Shown here one piece after another: positions 40,751-50,236 of a stretch of DNA of 64,000 nucleotides. Below the pieces are notes generated by a model that had not been told where the DNA came from, searched no databases, and saw nothing but the letters and a program-made list of their open reading frames with translations. Source of the DNA: an uncultured delta proteobacterium (GTDB lineage: Bacteria; Desulfobacterota; Desulfobacteria; Desulfobacterales; QNYZ01); contig CAWJQU010000004.1 of assembly GCA_963845145.1 (NCBI GenBank), positions 320,001-384,000 of the forward strand, read 5' to 3'. Both the position numbers and the translations under genes were made by a program. Position 1 is the stretch's first letter. Each line of letters begins with the position of its first letter.

Positions 40751-41664
40751 TGCTCGCTGTCGATGAAGGCATCGTTTTCGATATCAAGCATTACGCAATT
40801 CACGATGGGCCGGGCATTCGAACCACTGTTTTTATGAAAGGGTGCCCGCTGAAGTGTCAATGGTGCGCCAATCCCGAATCACATCATTTTACACCGGAAG
40901 TTCTTTTCGACAAGGATAAGTGTATCCTTTGCCGTGAATGTTCAAAAGTATGCCCCCATGATGCCATCTCATTTACGATGAATTATCGGAGGTATGATCG
41001 TGAGTCCTGCCGGGGATGCGGGTTGTGTGTCCGGACCTGTTCTTCTGAAGCCATTGAGCAATGCGGATATGGGGTGGATGTACAAACACTTTGGGAGAAG
41101 ATTAAAGCAGATCGTGTTTTCTGGGATCGGTCCGGGGGTGGGGTCACGCTGTCCGGCGGCGAGCCTTTGCGACAACTTTCTTTTGTCAGCGACTTTCTTT
41201 CCCTCTGTCAACGCCGGCATGTGCATACGGCTATAGAAACCTGCGGTTTTGTTTCCGAATCCCCCTTCGAAAAAGTACTTCGCCATGTCGACCTGGTTAT
41301 TTTCGATATCAAAACAAACCACGACGGTAGGCACGAAGCGTGCACCGGCGTATCTAATGATGGCATCTTAAATAATTTGAAAAAACTACTATCCGGCCCA
41401 AAGGATGTTCTGGTGCGAATGCCACTGGTCCCAGGGTTAAATGATGCCCCGCAAGATCTTGAAGCAATCGGTGCGCTGCTTAAAAATGCAAGAACCGACG
41501 TAAAACTTGAAGTGCTACCCTATCATCGGCTGGGAGCGAAGAAATATGAAAAATTGGGTCTGGAATACGGGTTGGCCCATATCCATCCGCCCACTTCGAT
41601 CCAATTGACGGAAGCGTTAAATATTTTTAGGAGATTCGGTATCGATTGTGTAAGCCGAATCTAA
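40747..41664 (+). CDS. Glycyl radical activating enzyme (radical SAM with ferredoxin insert)
   Basis: HDGPGIRTTVFMKGCPLKCQWCANPE, two CxxCxxCxxxC motifs, GVTLSGGEP, LPYHRLG. Confidence 0.95.
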   Translation: MMLAVDEGIVFDIKHYAIHDGPGIRTTVFMKGCPLKCQWCANPESHHFTPEVLFDKDKCILCRECSKVCPHDAISFTMNYRRYDRESCRGCGLCVRTCSSEAIEQCGYGVDVQTLWEKIKADRVFWDRSGGGVTLSGGEPLRQLSFVSDFLSLCQRRHVHTAIETCGFVSESPFEKVLRHVDLVIFDIKTNHDGRHEACTGVSNDGILNNLKKLLSGPKDVLVRMPLVPGLNDAPQDLEAIGALLKNARTDVKLEVLPYHRLGAKKYEKLGLEYGLAHIHPPTSIQLTEALNIFRRFGIDCVSRI

Positions 41665-41706
41665 ACCATAAAACAATGTCCCAACCCAAAGGCCCATCTT
41701 GGAAAA

Positions 41707-42297
41707 ATGAACCGGTCGAATAAAGATAGACACCTAAGGTCTGTGGGTGATCTGGGAAAAAAGATGAACGGGGGGCGTATGCAACACATCTCTTTTGAAG
41801 CACTGGTCGATAAGGCAATGGAACTAAAACAGGCCGGTGTTAAATGGCATTTTCATATGATCGGCCCCGCATGTATATATAGCGATACAAAGGACGGCTA
41901 TGAGATCATTATCGAGATCGAAGCGACCGGTGAGACGATCACCGCCTGGTTCAAGGATAAGCCCATCGACCAAACGCACAAGATGGCCCAATTGGCCTAT
42001 GGGCCTGATTTTTTAAAAAAGGAAAAAGTTACCGATAAAAAAGAAGCGGCCAGTGGAAATGATGCCACCCATGAATCATTTATGGACATGATGGATCGTG
42101 CCCGGGCCTGCAATCTATCTGGCAAGCCGTGGCACAACCACCATCTTCCGCCGCAATGCCGCTTTAACCCTAAAAAAGGCATGCATGCTATTGTCTTTGA
42201 GGACGAAACCGGCGCTGAGCCGCTTTACGCCTATTATACGCACGACCCGATCGACGCCCTGGCTGAATTGGAACGGCTCTTTTTTGGGAAAGGATGA
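41707..42297 (+). CDS. Hypothetical protein with internal duplication (WHxHxxxPxC twice); true start may be 41764 or 41779
   Basis: GVKWHFHMIGPAC... and GKPWHNHHLPPQC... halves align, each ending PID....A/E.L.Y/FG. Confidence 0.75.
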   Translation: MNRSNKDRHLRSVGDLGKKMNGGRMQHISFEALVDKAMELKQAGVKWHFHMIGPACIYSDTKDGYEIIIEIEATGETITAWFKDKPIDQTHKMAQLAYGPDFLKKEKVTDKKEAASGNDATHESFMDMMDRARACNLSGKPWHNHHLPPQCRFNPKKGMHAIVFEDETGAEPLYAYYTHDPIDALAELERLFFGKG

Positions 42298-42521
42298 TTT
42301 CGACCGGTAGCGTCATTTATTTCAAGGGCCGCCTTATTATCGCCTGATACACCACAAAAAAAAGAGAAAAAATCTCGAAACCCTGTATTTTTTTATTGCA
42401 AATTATTTGATCAAATATTAAATCAAATTATGGTAAATGGCATCATGCGATGTTAAATACCCCTTATTAATATATGGGGCTGGTCCGTTATTTTTAAAAT
42501 CAGGTTCAAAGGAGAGTAACA

Positions 42522-44351
42522 ATGTATGGTTGGATGGGAAAAATTCTTCATGTTGATTTGACCGTAGGTACTTGGAAGGTAAAGTGTCTGGATCCTTCAG
42601 TGGCAAAAGATTATGTCGGCGGGCGAGGATTGGGTATTTATTTGTTAAATCAGGAGATTGAAGCGGGGGTGGACCCCTTGTCGGCCGATAACCCACTCAT
42701 TATGGCTACCGGCCCTTTAACCGGTACGGGCGCACCTACGGGTGCCCGCTACATGGTGATGACCAAGTCACCCCTTTCCGGTGCGATTACCTGCTCCAAC
42801 TCAGGGGGCAGGTTCCCAACCGAATTCAAACGGACCGGCTACGACGCCATTGTCTTCACCGGAAGAGCCGAAAAACCGACCTACCTCTGGCTCGATGAGG
42901 AGGAGGTGGCATTGAGGAGCGCCGATCACCTATGGGGGAAAAACACCCATGTTACGACAGATGCGCTTTTAGCGGAAACGAAACCCAAGGCCAAGGTGGC
43001 CTGCATCGGGCCGGCCGGCGAAAACATGGTTCTGTTTGCCTCCATTATGAACGATAAAAACCGTGCTGCGGGGCGGTCGGGTGTCGGTGCGGTAATGGGC
43101 AGCAAAAATCTGAAGGCAGTGGTTGTCAAGGGGAAGCGGCGAATATCCCTGGCCGATCCTGAACGCTTTAAGGCCTTCAATAAAAAGACCCTGAATACAT
43201 TCAGGGAAGGGATCAAGAAAACCCCCTTGGGCCTGACGGTCAACGGTACGGCCGGCGTGGTAATGGCAACTCAGAACTTCGGCGTTCTGCCCACCAAGAA
43301 TTGGCAGCAGGGGACCTTTCACGGTTGGGAAAAAATTGACGGTGAAGAATTGACCCGACGCTTTCTCAAGAAAAATACAGCCTGTTATGGTTGTCCGATC
43401 GGTTGTGGCCGCCAGACCCAAGTGGATGACCCCCGTTTTGCCGGTGAAGGCGAAGGGCCGGAATACGAGACCCTTTATGCCATGGGGTCCAATTGCATGA
43501 TTGATGATCTGGCAGCGATTACCAAGGCCAACTATATCTGCAACGAAATGGGAATGGACACCATTACGATGGGGGCCACTATCGCCTGCGCCATGGAACT
43601 GGCCGAGAAAGGTTACCTGCCCAAAGATCAGATCGGGCGGTCATTACAATGGGGAGATGCCGAGGCGTTGGTCGAACTGACCCGCATGACCGGAAACCGG
43701 GAAGGCTTCGGTGATCAGCTGGCCGACGGTAGCTACCGTCTGGCTGACCGTTACGGTCACCCGGAACTGGCCCCCGTTTCCAAAAAGCAGGAGTTCCCCG
43801 GCTATGAACCCCGCGGGGCCCAGGCCATGGGGCTTGCCTATGCCACCTCGCCCATCGGTGGCTCCCACATGCGCGGCGATCCCGCTTATTTTGAATTGTT
43901 CAGCGTTCCCGAATCCATGGACCCGCACCAGTGGGAAGGAAAAGCCAAGGTCACCAAGGCTTTTCAGGACCTGTCCGCTATCATAGATTCTGCCGGCCTG
44001 TGCATCTTCTTTGCCGTCCGGAATCTGGCGGCCAAGGATTTAGGCGTGGCCCCGGTGGGTATCCTGGAGTATCTGAATGCTGCCACGGGTGCCGACTATA
44101 CGCTGGAGACCCTAATGCAAGCCGGAGAACGGATCATTAATGCCGAGCGGCTTTTTCTGACCAAAGCGGGTTTTTCACGTAAAGATGACAGTCTGCCCGA
44201 TCGTCTTACTAAAATTCCGGCGCCCACAGGGCCGGCTAAGGGATTGGTATGCCATCTGGATAAGATGCTGGATGAATATTACCTGGCCCAGGGATGGACG
44301 GATAATGGGATTCCAAAAAAAGAGGTTTTAGACAGGCTTGGGCTTGCCTGA
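42522..44351 (+). CDS. aor: Aldehyde:ferredoxin oxidoreductase (W/Mo-pterin)
   Basis: GGRGLG, TKSPLSG, IGPAGEN, AAGRSGVGAVMGSKNLKA, CYGCPIGC, PEYET, GMDTI, DSAGLC. Confidence 0.95.
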   Translation: MYGWMGKILHVDLTVGTWKVKCLDPSVAKDYVGGRGLGIYLLNQEIEAGVDPLSADNPLIMATGPLTGTGAPTGARYMVMTKSPLSGAITCSNSGGRFPTEFKRTGYDAIVFTGRAEKPTYLWLDEEEVALRSADHLWGKNTHVTTDALLAETKPKAKVACIGPAGENMVLFASIMNDKNRAAGRSGVGAVMGSKNLKAVVVKGKRRISLADPERFKAFNKKTLNTFREGIKKTPLGLTVNGTAGVVMATQNFGVLPTKNWQQGTFHGWEKIDGEELTRRFLKKNTACYGCPIGCGRQTQVDDPRFAGEGEGPEYETLYAMGSNCMIDDLAAITKANYICNEMGMDTITMGATIACAMELAEKGYLPKDQIGRSLQWGDAEALVELTRMTGNREGFGDQLADGSYRLADRYGHPELAPVSKKQEFPGYEPRGAQAMGLAYATSPIGGSHMRGDPAYFELFSVPESMDPHQWEGKAKVTKAFQDLSAIIDSAGLCIFFAVRNLAAKDLGVAPVGILEYLNAATGADYTLETLMQAGERIINAERLFLTKAGFSRKDDSLPDRLTKIPAPTGPAKGLVCHLDKMLDEYYLAQGWTDNGIPKKEVLDRLGLA

Positions 44352-44365
44352 TAGCCGAGGGAAAC

Positions 44366-44593
44366 GTGCGCATTAATGTTAAATTATATGGTGATTTAAA
44401 AAGGTATTCTCCCTGTAATAAATCAAATTTTATCTTACGACTTGAAACGGGAGCCACCCTTGAAGATGTCCAAAAATTGCTGTCAATCCCCGACCATCAT
44501 GTATCGCTTATTAACGGGCGAAGAGTTGGCATAGATGCGATGTTTGCCTATGGCGACACCCTGGTGCTCATGCCGCCTATATCTGGCGGATGA
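44366..44593 (+). CDS. MoaD/ThiS family sulfur carrier
   Basis: 75 aa, INGRR...GDTLVLMPPISGG C-terminus, directly after aor. Confidence 0.9.
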   Translation: MRINVKLYGDLKRYSPCNKSNFILRLETGATLEDVQKLLSIPDHHVSLINGRRVGIDAMFAYGDTLVLMPPISGG

Positions 44594-44628
44594 TTGCGGA
44601 TACGATTAGCTTAACAAAAGGATTAAAA

Positions 44629-45750
44629 ATGGAACTGACACTTATGGAAGGCAACGAGGCCATTGGCTGGGGTGCCGTGGCGGCCGGCTGTGACTTTTTT
44701 GCCGGCTACCCGATTACACCGGCCACCACTATTTACAACACCATGTTGAAACTGCTTCCTCCCAAGGGTGGAGTTTGTCTTCAGGGAGAAGACGAGATCG
44801 CCTCCATTGGGTTTTGCCTGGGAGCGGCGATGTCGGGCAAGAAAACGATGACGGCCACATCGGGTCCCGGAATTAGTCTTTACAGTGAACAGATCTCTTT
44901 TGCCATCGGTAGTGAGATCCCCATTGTAATTATCAATGTGCAACGCTTGGGACCATCGACCGGATCGGCCACCAAGGGCGCGGACGGCGATATTCAATTT
45001 ATGCGCTGGGGAAACAGCGGTGGATTACCGGTGATCGTGCTCGCACCGGTAGATGTGAAAGATTGCTATGAACTCACCGCGCAGGCCTTTAATCTCGCCG
45101 AGCAGTATCGTTGCCCGGTGTTCATCGCCGCTAACAAAGAGATTTCCATGACGCGGGAGACCTTCGCCATGGAAGACCTTTCGTTACCGCCTATTGTTGA
45201 CCGCCAGTTAGCGGATGCAACCGTGCCATTTTTACCTTTTGATGTCCATGACAACGGCAAGGTGCCCGACTTCCTTCCCATCGGAGGGGATCGCCTGGTA
45301 CGCCAAACATCCTCCACCCATGGAACCAATGGATATATCACCGCCGATTCCGCAGAGATCGCCATGATCCAGGAACGTCTGCAAGCCAAGCTCACGCAGG
45401 CGGTTTCCGAGTTTACCTACTTCGAGGAGGCCCTCGTGCCGGATGCCGATACATTGATAGTGGCCTATGGCGTTACCGCCCGGGCGGCCAAAGTTGCGGC
45501 AAAACGGTTGCAAGCGAACGGACATCCCGTGTCGCTTTTGGTGCTAAAAACCCTTTGGCCCGTGCCTGAAAACCTAATTATCGAAAAGGCAGCCCCTTAC
45601 CAACGGGTGTTTATGGCGGAGATGAATCTCGGGCAGTACGTCCGGGAGCTGCAGCGGCTATTGCCCGATAAATCGGTTGAGTTTATGGGCCAGATGAATG
45701 GGGAGTTGATTAAACCCGCACAGATCATGGAGGCGATTGAGCATGGATAG
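44629..45750 (+). CDS. 2-oxoacid:ferredoxin oxidoreductase alpha subunit
   Basis: GNEAI, AGYPITPAT, EDEIAS, ATSGPG, QRLGPSTG, AEMNLGQ. Confidence 0.92.
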   Translation: MELTLMEGNEAIGWGAVAAGCDFFAGYPITPATTIYNTMLKLLPPKGGVCLQGEDEIASIGFCLGAAMSGKKTMTATSGPGISLYSEQISFAIGSEIPIVIINVQRLGPSTGSATKGADGDIQFMRWGNSGGLPVIVLAPVDVKDCYELTAQAFNLAEQYRCPVFIAANKEISMTRETFAMEDLSLPPIVDRQLADATVPFLPFDVHDNGKVPDFLPIGGDRLVRQTSSTHGTNGYITADSAEIAMIQERLQAKLTQAVSEFTYFEEALVPDADTLIVAYGVTARAAKVAAKRLQANGHPVSLLVLKTLWPVPENLIIEKAAPYQRVFMAEMNLGQYVRELQRLLPDKSVEFMGQMNGELIKPAQIMEAIEHG

Positions 45751-47038
45751 TCTACTAAACGAAAGTCGCCCGGCGGTGTTCTGCCCGGGTTGTTCGCACG
45801 ACCGGGTACTGCATGTGCTGGATAAAGCGTTGATAGATATGGGTTATAGCGGCAAAGACGTGGTGATTGTCACCGATATTGGATGCTCGGGTCTATTCGA
45901 TACCTTTTTTAACACCCATGCCTTTCATGGTTTGCACGGTCGGGCGCTGACTTACGCCACCGGGATTAAGATGGCAAGGCCGGACTTGAAGGTGATCGTA
46001 ACCATGGGGGACGGCGGGTTGGGCATTGGCGGCGCCCATGTATTAAGTACCTGCCGGCGCAACATCGATCTTACGCTCCTGGTACTCAATAATTTTAACT
46101 ACGGTATGACCGGAGGACAGTGTTCGTCCACGACGCCCCAGGATGCACAGGTGGGGTCTGGTTTTTTAAACCGACTGGAAAAACCCATAGATATCTGTCA
46201 GGTCGCCGGTGCCGCAGGTGCCGGCTTGGTATCGCGGGCATCGACCTACGAGAAAGAGCTGGGTGAAAAGTTAAAAGAAGCCCTCACCTTCGACGGATTC
46301 TCATTGGTGGATATCTGGGGGCTTTGTCCCGGCCGGTATACCCGTAAGAATAGGGTGACGCCTAAAAGCATTGATGCCGATATGGCACAATTGCCCGATG
46401 TAACAGCTTTTCAAGCGTTAAACGATCGAATGGAATATGGCAAAGCCTATCGTCAGGAGGCTGCCAAGCTGAACATTCCGCCAGACCCGATTCGTATTAA
46501 AAAGAGCTGTGAACCTCCCCAGGCAGGGCGCCAGGAAGTGGTCATTCTCGGCAGCGCCGGTCAACGGATTATCACAGCCGGAGAGTTGCTATGTCTGGCC
46601 GGGGCATCGGCCGGTTGCCATGCCACTCAGAAAAACGACTACCCGATTACTGTTATGAAAGGTCATTCTGTTAGTGAAATCATTTTTTCAGAAGAACCCA
46701 TCGAGTATACGGGCATTGAAAACCCATCCGTTGTCATCGCCTTGGCCGCAGAAGGCATTAACCGGCGCAAGCAAATGATATCGTCCCTCTCTTCGGAAAC
46801 TGTTGTTATCAAGCTGACCGGCCTGGAGCTGCCGCCTTGCGGGGCCAAGGTTATCGAAGTGGACTTCAAGGCCCATAAAATACGATTTCCCGACTGGGCG
46901 CTGGCCGCTTTGGCCGTCTTGGCAAAAAAGAACGACGCCTTGACACCGGAGATGCTCAACGCTGCGCTGAAGTTGCGATTTAAAAAAGATGTTTTGAAAG
47001 AGGCGTTGGCCATCGTAGAGAAGATAAACGCTGAGTAG
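45743..47038 (+). CDS. 2-oxoacid:ferredoxin oxidoreductase beta-gamma fusion
   Basis: FCPGCSH, DIGCS, LHGRA, GDGG...NNFNYGMTGGQ (TPP-binding), then gamma-like GSAGQRIITAG. Confidence 0.9.
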   Translation: MDSLLNESRPAVFCPGCSHDRVLHVLDKALIDMGYSGKDVVIVTDIGCSGLFDTFFNTHAFHGLHGRALTYATGIKMARPDLKVIVTMGDGGLGIGGAHVLSTCRRNIDLTLLVLNNFNYGMTGGQCSSTTPQDAQVGSGFLNRLEKPIDICQVAGAAGAGLVSRASTYEKELGEKLKEALTFDGFSLVDIWGLCPGRYTRKNRVTPKSIDADMAQLPDVTAFQALNDRMEYGKAYRQEAAKLNIPPDPIRIKKSCEPPQAGRQEVVILGSAGQRIITAGELLCLAGASAGCHATQKNDYPITVMKGHSVSEIIFSEEPIEYTGIENPSVVIALAAEGINRRKQMISSLSSETVVIKLTGLELPPCGAKVIEVDFKAHKIRFPDWALAALAVLAKKNDALTPEMLNAALKLRFKKDVLKEALAIVEKINAE

Positions 47039-47087
47039 GTGTGTAGCCGATTGAAGATGACATCAACCAAGAAAAGAAGAGGGTAAC

Positions 47088-48263
47088 ATGGAAGCGATTT
47101 TATCAAAGCGTGCGCAATCCATCAAACCGTCAATCACCCTGACGATTTCGGCCAAAGCCAAAGCCATGAAGGCTGACGGCATCGACGTGCTCAATTTTTC
47201 GGCGGGCGAGCCTGACTTCGACACCCCGGATACAATCAAGCAGGCAGCCTATAAAGCTTTGGAGGAGGGGTTTACCAAATATACGGCCGCCGGCGGGATT
47301 CCCGAGCTTAAAAGCACCATCATCGATAAATACCGGATAGAGCAGAATGTGACCTATGGCCCTGAGCAGGTGCTGGTCTCAAACGGCGGCAAACATGCTT
47401 TGCACAACATGTTTCAAGCTATCCTGGATCCCGGCGATGAGGTGTTGATTCCTGCGCCTTACTGGCTCTCCTATCCCGATATGGTTATTCTCTCGGGCGG
47501 GGTACCGGTCATTATAAACACGCGTATTGAAGCGGATTTTAAAATTTCTCCGGAATCATTGGCAGCGGCCATTACGCCCCGGACCAAGTTGCTGATATTA
47601 AATTCACCCTCGAACCCGACCGGTGCCGTCTATTCGGCTGAGGAGTTAACCGCTCTGGCCAAAGTCGTCGAGGAGACCGGCATCCTGGTTATTTCCGATG
47701 ATGTATACGAGAAGTTCGTCTATGATGGACAATCCTTTACCAACCTGATCATGGTCGCACCCAATCTGATTGATCGCATCATGGTCATCAATAGCGCCTC
47801 GAAAACCTACTCAATGACGGGTTGGCGGATCGGGTATGCTTTGGGACCGGAGGCGATCATTCGGGCAGCCACGCGAATCCAGGGGCAGGCGACCTCGTGT
47901 CCCGGATCCATTTCCCAGAAAGCGCTTGCTTTTGCCTTGCAAATCGATGCCCAGGTCGTGAACAGGTTCAGGCAGTCGTTTGAAAAGCGGCGCGATATGA
48001 TGCTCCAGGGGCTTGCGGCCATTGAAGGCATCAAGGTCTTCAAGCCAACCGGTGCTTTTTACCTCTTTGCCGATGTCAGTCGACTATACGAAAAAGTAGC
48101 AGGCGTAACCGATTCGGTCGGTTTCTGTGCGTACCTGCTTGAGAAGTGGCGGATCGCCTGCATCCCCGGCCAGGCTTTTGGCGAAGATCGGTGCATTCGT
48201 TTCTCCTTTGTGGCTGACGAGGCGGCTATTACAGAGGGGCTTTCACGGCTTTCACAGATATAG
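47088..48263 (+). CDS. Aspartate aminotransferase family (class I)
   Basis: AGEPDFDTP, NGGKHAL, NSPSNPTG, SDDVY, SKTYSMTGWRIGY. Confidence 0.92.
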   Translation: MEAILSKRAQSIKPSITLTISAKAKAMKADGIDVLNFSAGEPDFDTPDTIKQAAYKALEEGFTKYTAAGGIPELKSTIIDKYRIEQNVTYGPEQVLVSNGGKHALHNMFQAILDPGDEVLIPAPYWLSYPDMVILSGGVPVIINTRIEADFKISPESLAAAITPRTKLLILNSPSNPTGAVYSAEELTALAKVVEETGILVISDDVYEKFVYDGQSFTNLIMVAPNLIDRIMVINSASKTYSMTGWRIGYALGPEAIIRAATRIQGQATSCPGSISQKALAFALQIDAQVVNRFRQSFEKRRDMMLQGLAAIEGIKVFKPTGAFYLFADVSRLYEKVAGVTDSVGFCAYLLEKWRIACIPGQAFGEDRCIRFSFVADEAAITEGLSRLSQI

Positions 48264-48297
48264 CCGTTGGCGGCCGTTAGGCGCCACCGTTATCCCC

Positions 48298-49962
48298 TTA
48301 CCCTACTACATTTTCAAACCCGTTATTTTTTGTCGCAGCGACTGTTGACGATGGTGGATTGGTTTTGATCAACCAAGCCATAACGACGGTTTGCAGGGCT
48401 GAGAGCAGTACGAAATAGTATAGCCAGTAAGGGACTCCAAAATAGAGGGGTGCTGTCGCCCCCCATGCCCAATAATCGAGAGATAAAACAAATATTGCGC
48501 TGCAAAGCCAGAAGTAGCGATCCTTGAGCCATCCGGGCAGGGTTAAACGCAACGTTTCAAAACGGGCTGCCAATATAGCGTGGATAGCCAGATAAACGCC
48601 TACCGTTGCAGCCAGTACCCATACGACGGAGAGAAAGGGGCCGCTGGAAAGTAATTTTAAATAGAACAGTATCAAAACCCCTTCGCCCACCAGTATGGAC
48701 CCGATGGCGGCTGAGGCATATACCTTTTTCAGATAAAGCCCGAAGATAACGGTGGGAAAGAGGACGGCCAATCCGGTAAAGGTCTGGGTAGCGATCTGCA
48801 AAATGGTTGCAGGCGGTTTATAGGCCAATGCCAAACCGGCCAGGCTCAAACCAATGACAGCCATGCGGCCCACGATACTGGTTTCGGGTTGGTTTTTTTG
48901 CACCAGGGGCATGATGTCCCGGGTAAAAATGGAACTCAAGGTCAACAACTGGGAGTCCATGGTCGACATCAGGGCCGCAATGCCGGCGGCCATCACCAGG
49001 GCCGCCATGAAGTCGCCGGAAATGGCTGTCAGCACCATGGGCAGGATCTTGTCGGCCTCTTTGCCAACCAAATCGGGAAAAGCCAGATGGCCCATTACCC
49101 CGATTGAGATTGGGAAAAAAAAGAGTACGGTGCAGATCAACGGGTAGAAGAGCATGGTTTTTCCAATGGCCTTATCGTCTCTGGCCGCAAAAAAGCGTTG
49201 AAAAAGTTGGGGGAACATGGGGTCGCAAAAAAACCAGAGCATCAGAAAGCTGAACCAAATGCCCAGCGTATATTTACCGGTACCGCCCGGGCGGGAGAAA
49301 AGTTCCGGGTTGGCGGCCAGCACTTTCTGATTGGCCTCAATGAACCCACCGAAATGGCCGGCTACCATAAACAGGGAAGCCGCCAGAAGCCCAAACATCA
49401 GCGCTCCCTGAAACAGGTCGGTCCAGGCCACTGCGCGTAAACCACCCCGCAATGTGTAGAGCAAAATAATTCCCGTCACCAATAAGCAGCCACCGAAATA
49501 GGGGAGCCCTACTAGTTCTTCCAAGGCATAGCCAGCGGCCATGGGTTGCAAGGCCAGATAAGGGATGGTGAAAAGGATCATCACCATTGCGAACAATAGA
49601 GACAAGGTGGGACTTTGGTAGAGTGTTTTCACCAGCTCGGGAGGGGTCACCAGTTGGTTCTGACGGCCGACATGTCGAATCTTACGCCCGATGACCCAAA
49701 ATGTGAGGGCCATAAATCCTGTACCGAAACCCATGATGGGGAAAAAAGCATACCCATCACGGTACCCGGCACCGGAAGTACCAAAGACGGTAAAAGCGCT
49801 GAAATTGGTCGCGGCCATGGTCCCCAGCAGGATCAGGGTGCCGAACTGACGGTTGGCCAAAAAATAGGTTTCCGGTGTTGATTTCCATCGCGTGCGCGCT
49901 ACCAACCCGATTCCTAATACCATCAGAAAGTAGCCGATAAGTACACTCACCTTAACAACCAT
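48298..49962 (-). CDS. Sodium:solute symporter (PanF-like) with C-terminal small membrane extension
   Basis: YFLANR, ATNFSAFT, GGLRAVAWTD, AALMSTMDSQLL; about 13 TM helices plus two extra helices. Confidence 0.9.
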   Translation of the reverse strand: MVVKVSVLIGYFLMVLGIGLVARTRWKSTPETYFLANRQFGTLILLGTMAATNFSAFTVFGTSGAGYRDGYAFFPIMGFGTGFMALTFWVIGRKIRHVGRQNQLVTPPELVKTLYQSPTLSLLFAMVMILFTIPYLALQPMAAGYALEELVGLPYFGGCLLVTGIILLYTLRGGLRAVAWTDLFQGALMFGLLAASLFMVAGHFGGFIEANQKVLAANPELFSRPGGTGKYTLGIWFSFLMLWFFCDPMFPQLFQRFFAARDDKAIGKTMLFYPLICTVLFFFPISIGVMGHLAFPDLVGKEADKILPMVLTAISGDFMAALVMAAGIAALMSTMDSQLLTLSSIFTRDIMPLVQKNQPETSIVGRMAVIGLSLAGLALAYKPPATILQIATQTFTGLAVLFPTVIFGLYLKKVYASAAIGSILVGEGVLILFYLKLLSSGPFLSVVWVLAATVGVYLAIHAILAARFETLRLTLPGWLKDRYFWLCSAIFVLSLDYWAWGATAPLYFGVPYWLYYFVLLSALQTVVMAWLIKTNPPSSTVAATKNNGFENVVG

Positions 49963-49998
49963 GTAATACCTCCCGGAAAATAGAAATAATCCATTCCA

Positions 49999-50039
49999 GA
50001 CGGTTTCGAAATCCGCCTGTGGCGGGTTGTGGAACCGTC
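49999..50039. repeat. Short internally deleted relative of the 14643 palindromic element
   Basis: GACGGTTTCGAAATCCGCC-tgt-GGCGGGTTGTGGAACCGTC. Confidence 0.7.
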
Positions 50040-50044
50040 AAGAA

Positions 50045-50081
50045 TAAAAAAAGCCATCCCGTCTTAAGGCCGGGATGGCTT
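50045..50081 (-). terminator. Intrinsic terminator within the symporter 5' leader
   Basis: AAGCCATCCCG-gccttaaga-CGGGATGGCTT followed by a T run on the minus strand. Confidence 0.8.
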
Positions 50082-50090
50082 CATTGAGCC

Positions 50091-50141
50091 TGGCATAACC
50101 TTATTTTATGGCGCCCTTGAGTCGCCGATGTTATTGTGCCA
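50091..50141 (-). ncRNA. Candidate cis-regulatory leader RNA (pan-motif-like)
   Basis: TGGCA-caa-TAAC ... GTTA-TGCCA stem with an A-rich bulge enclosing a GGCG..CGCC hairpin, between promoter and terminator. Confidence 0.45.
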
Positions 50142-50143
50142 AA

Positions 50144-50172
50144 AGAATAATGTTTGTTAGGGTGCCTGTCAA
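50144..50172 (-). promoter_or_regulatory. Putative sigma70 promoter of the symporter
   Basis: TTGACA-17 bp-TATTCT. Confidence 0.6.
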
Positions 50173-50236
50173 GTTCTCCTTAACTATCGCATTTGGGCTC
50201 CTCGGAATATGGGTGTACTCCAGTTGGGATTATCCT

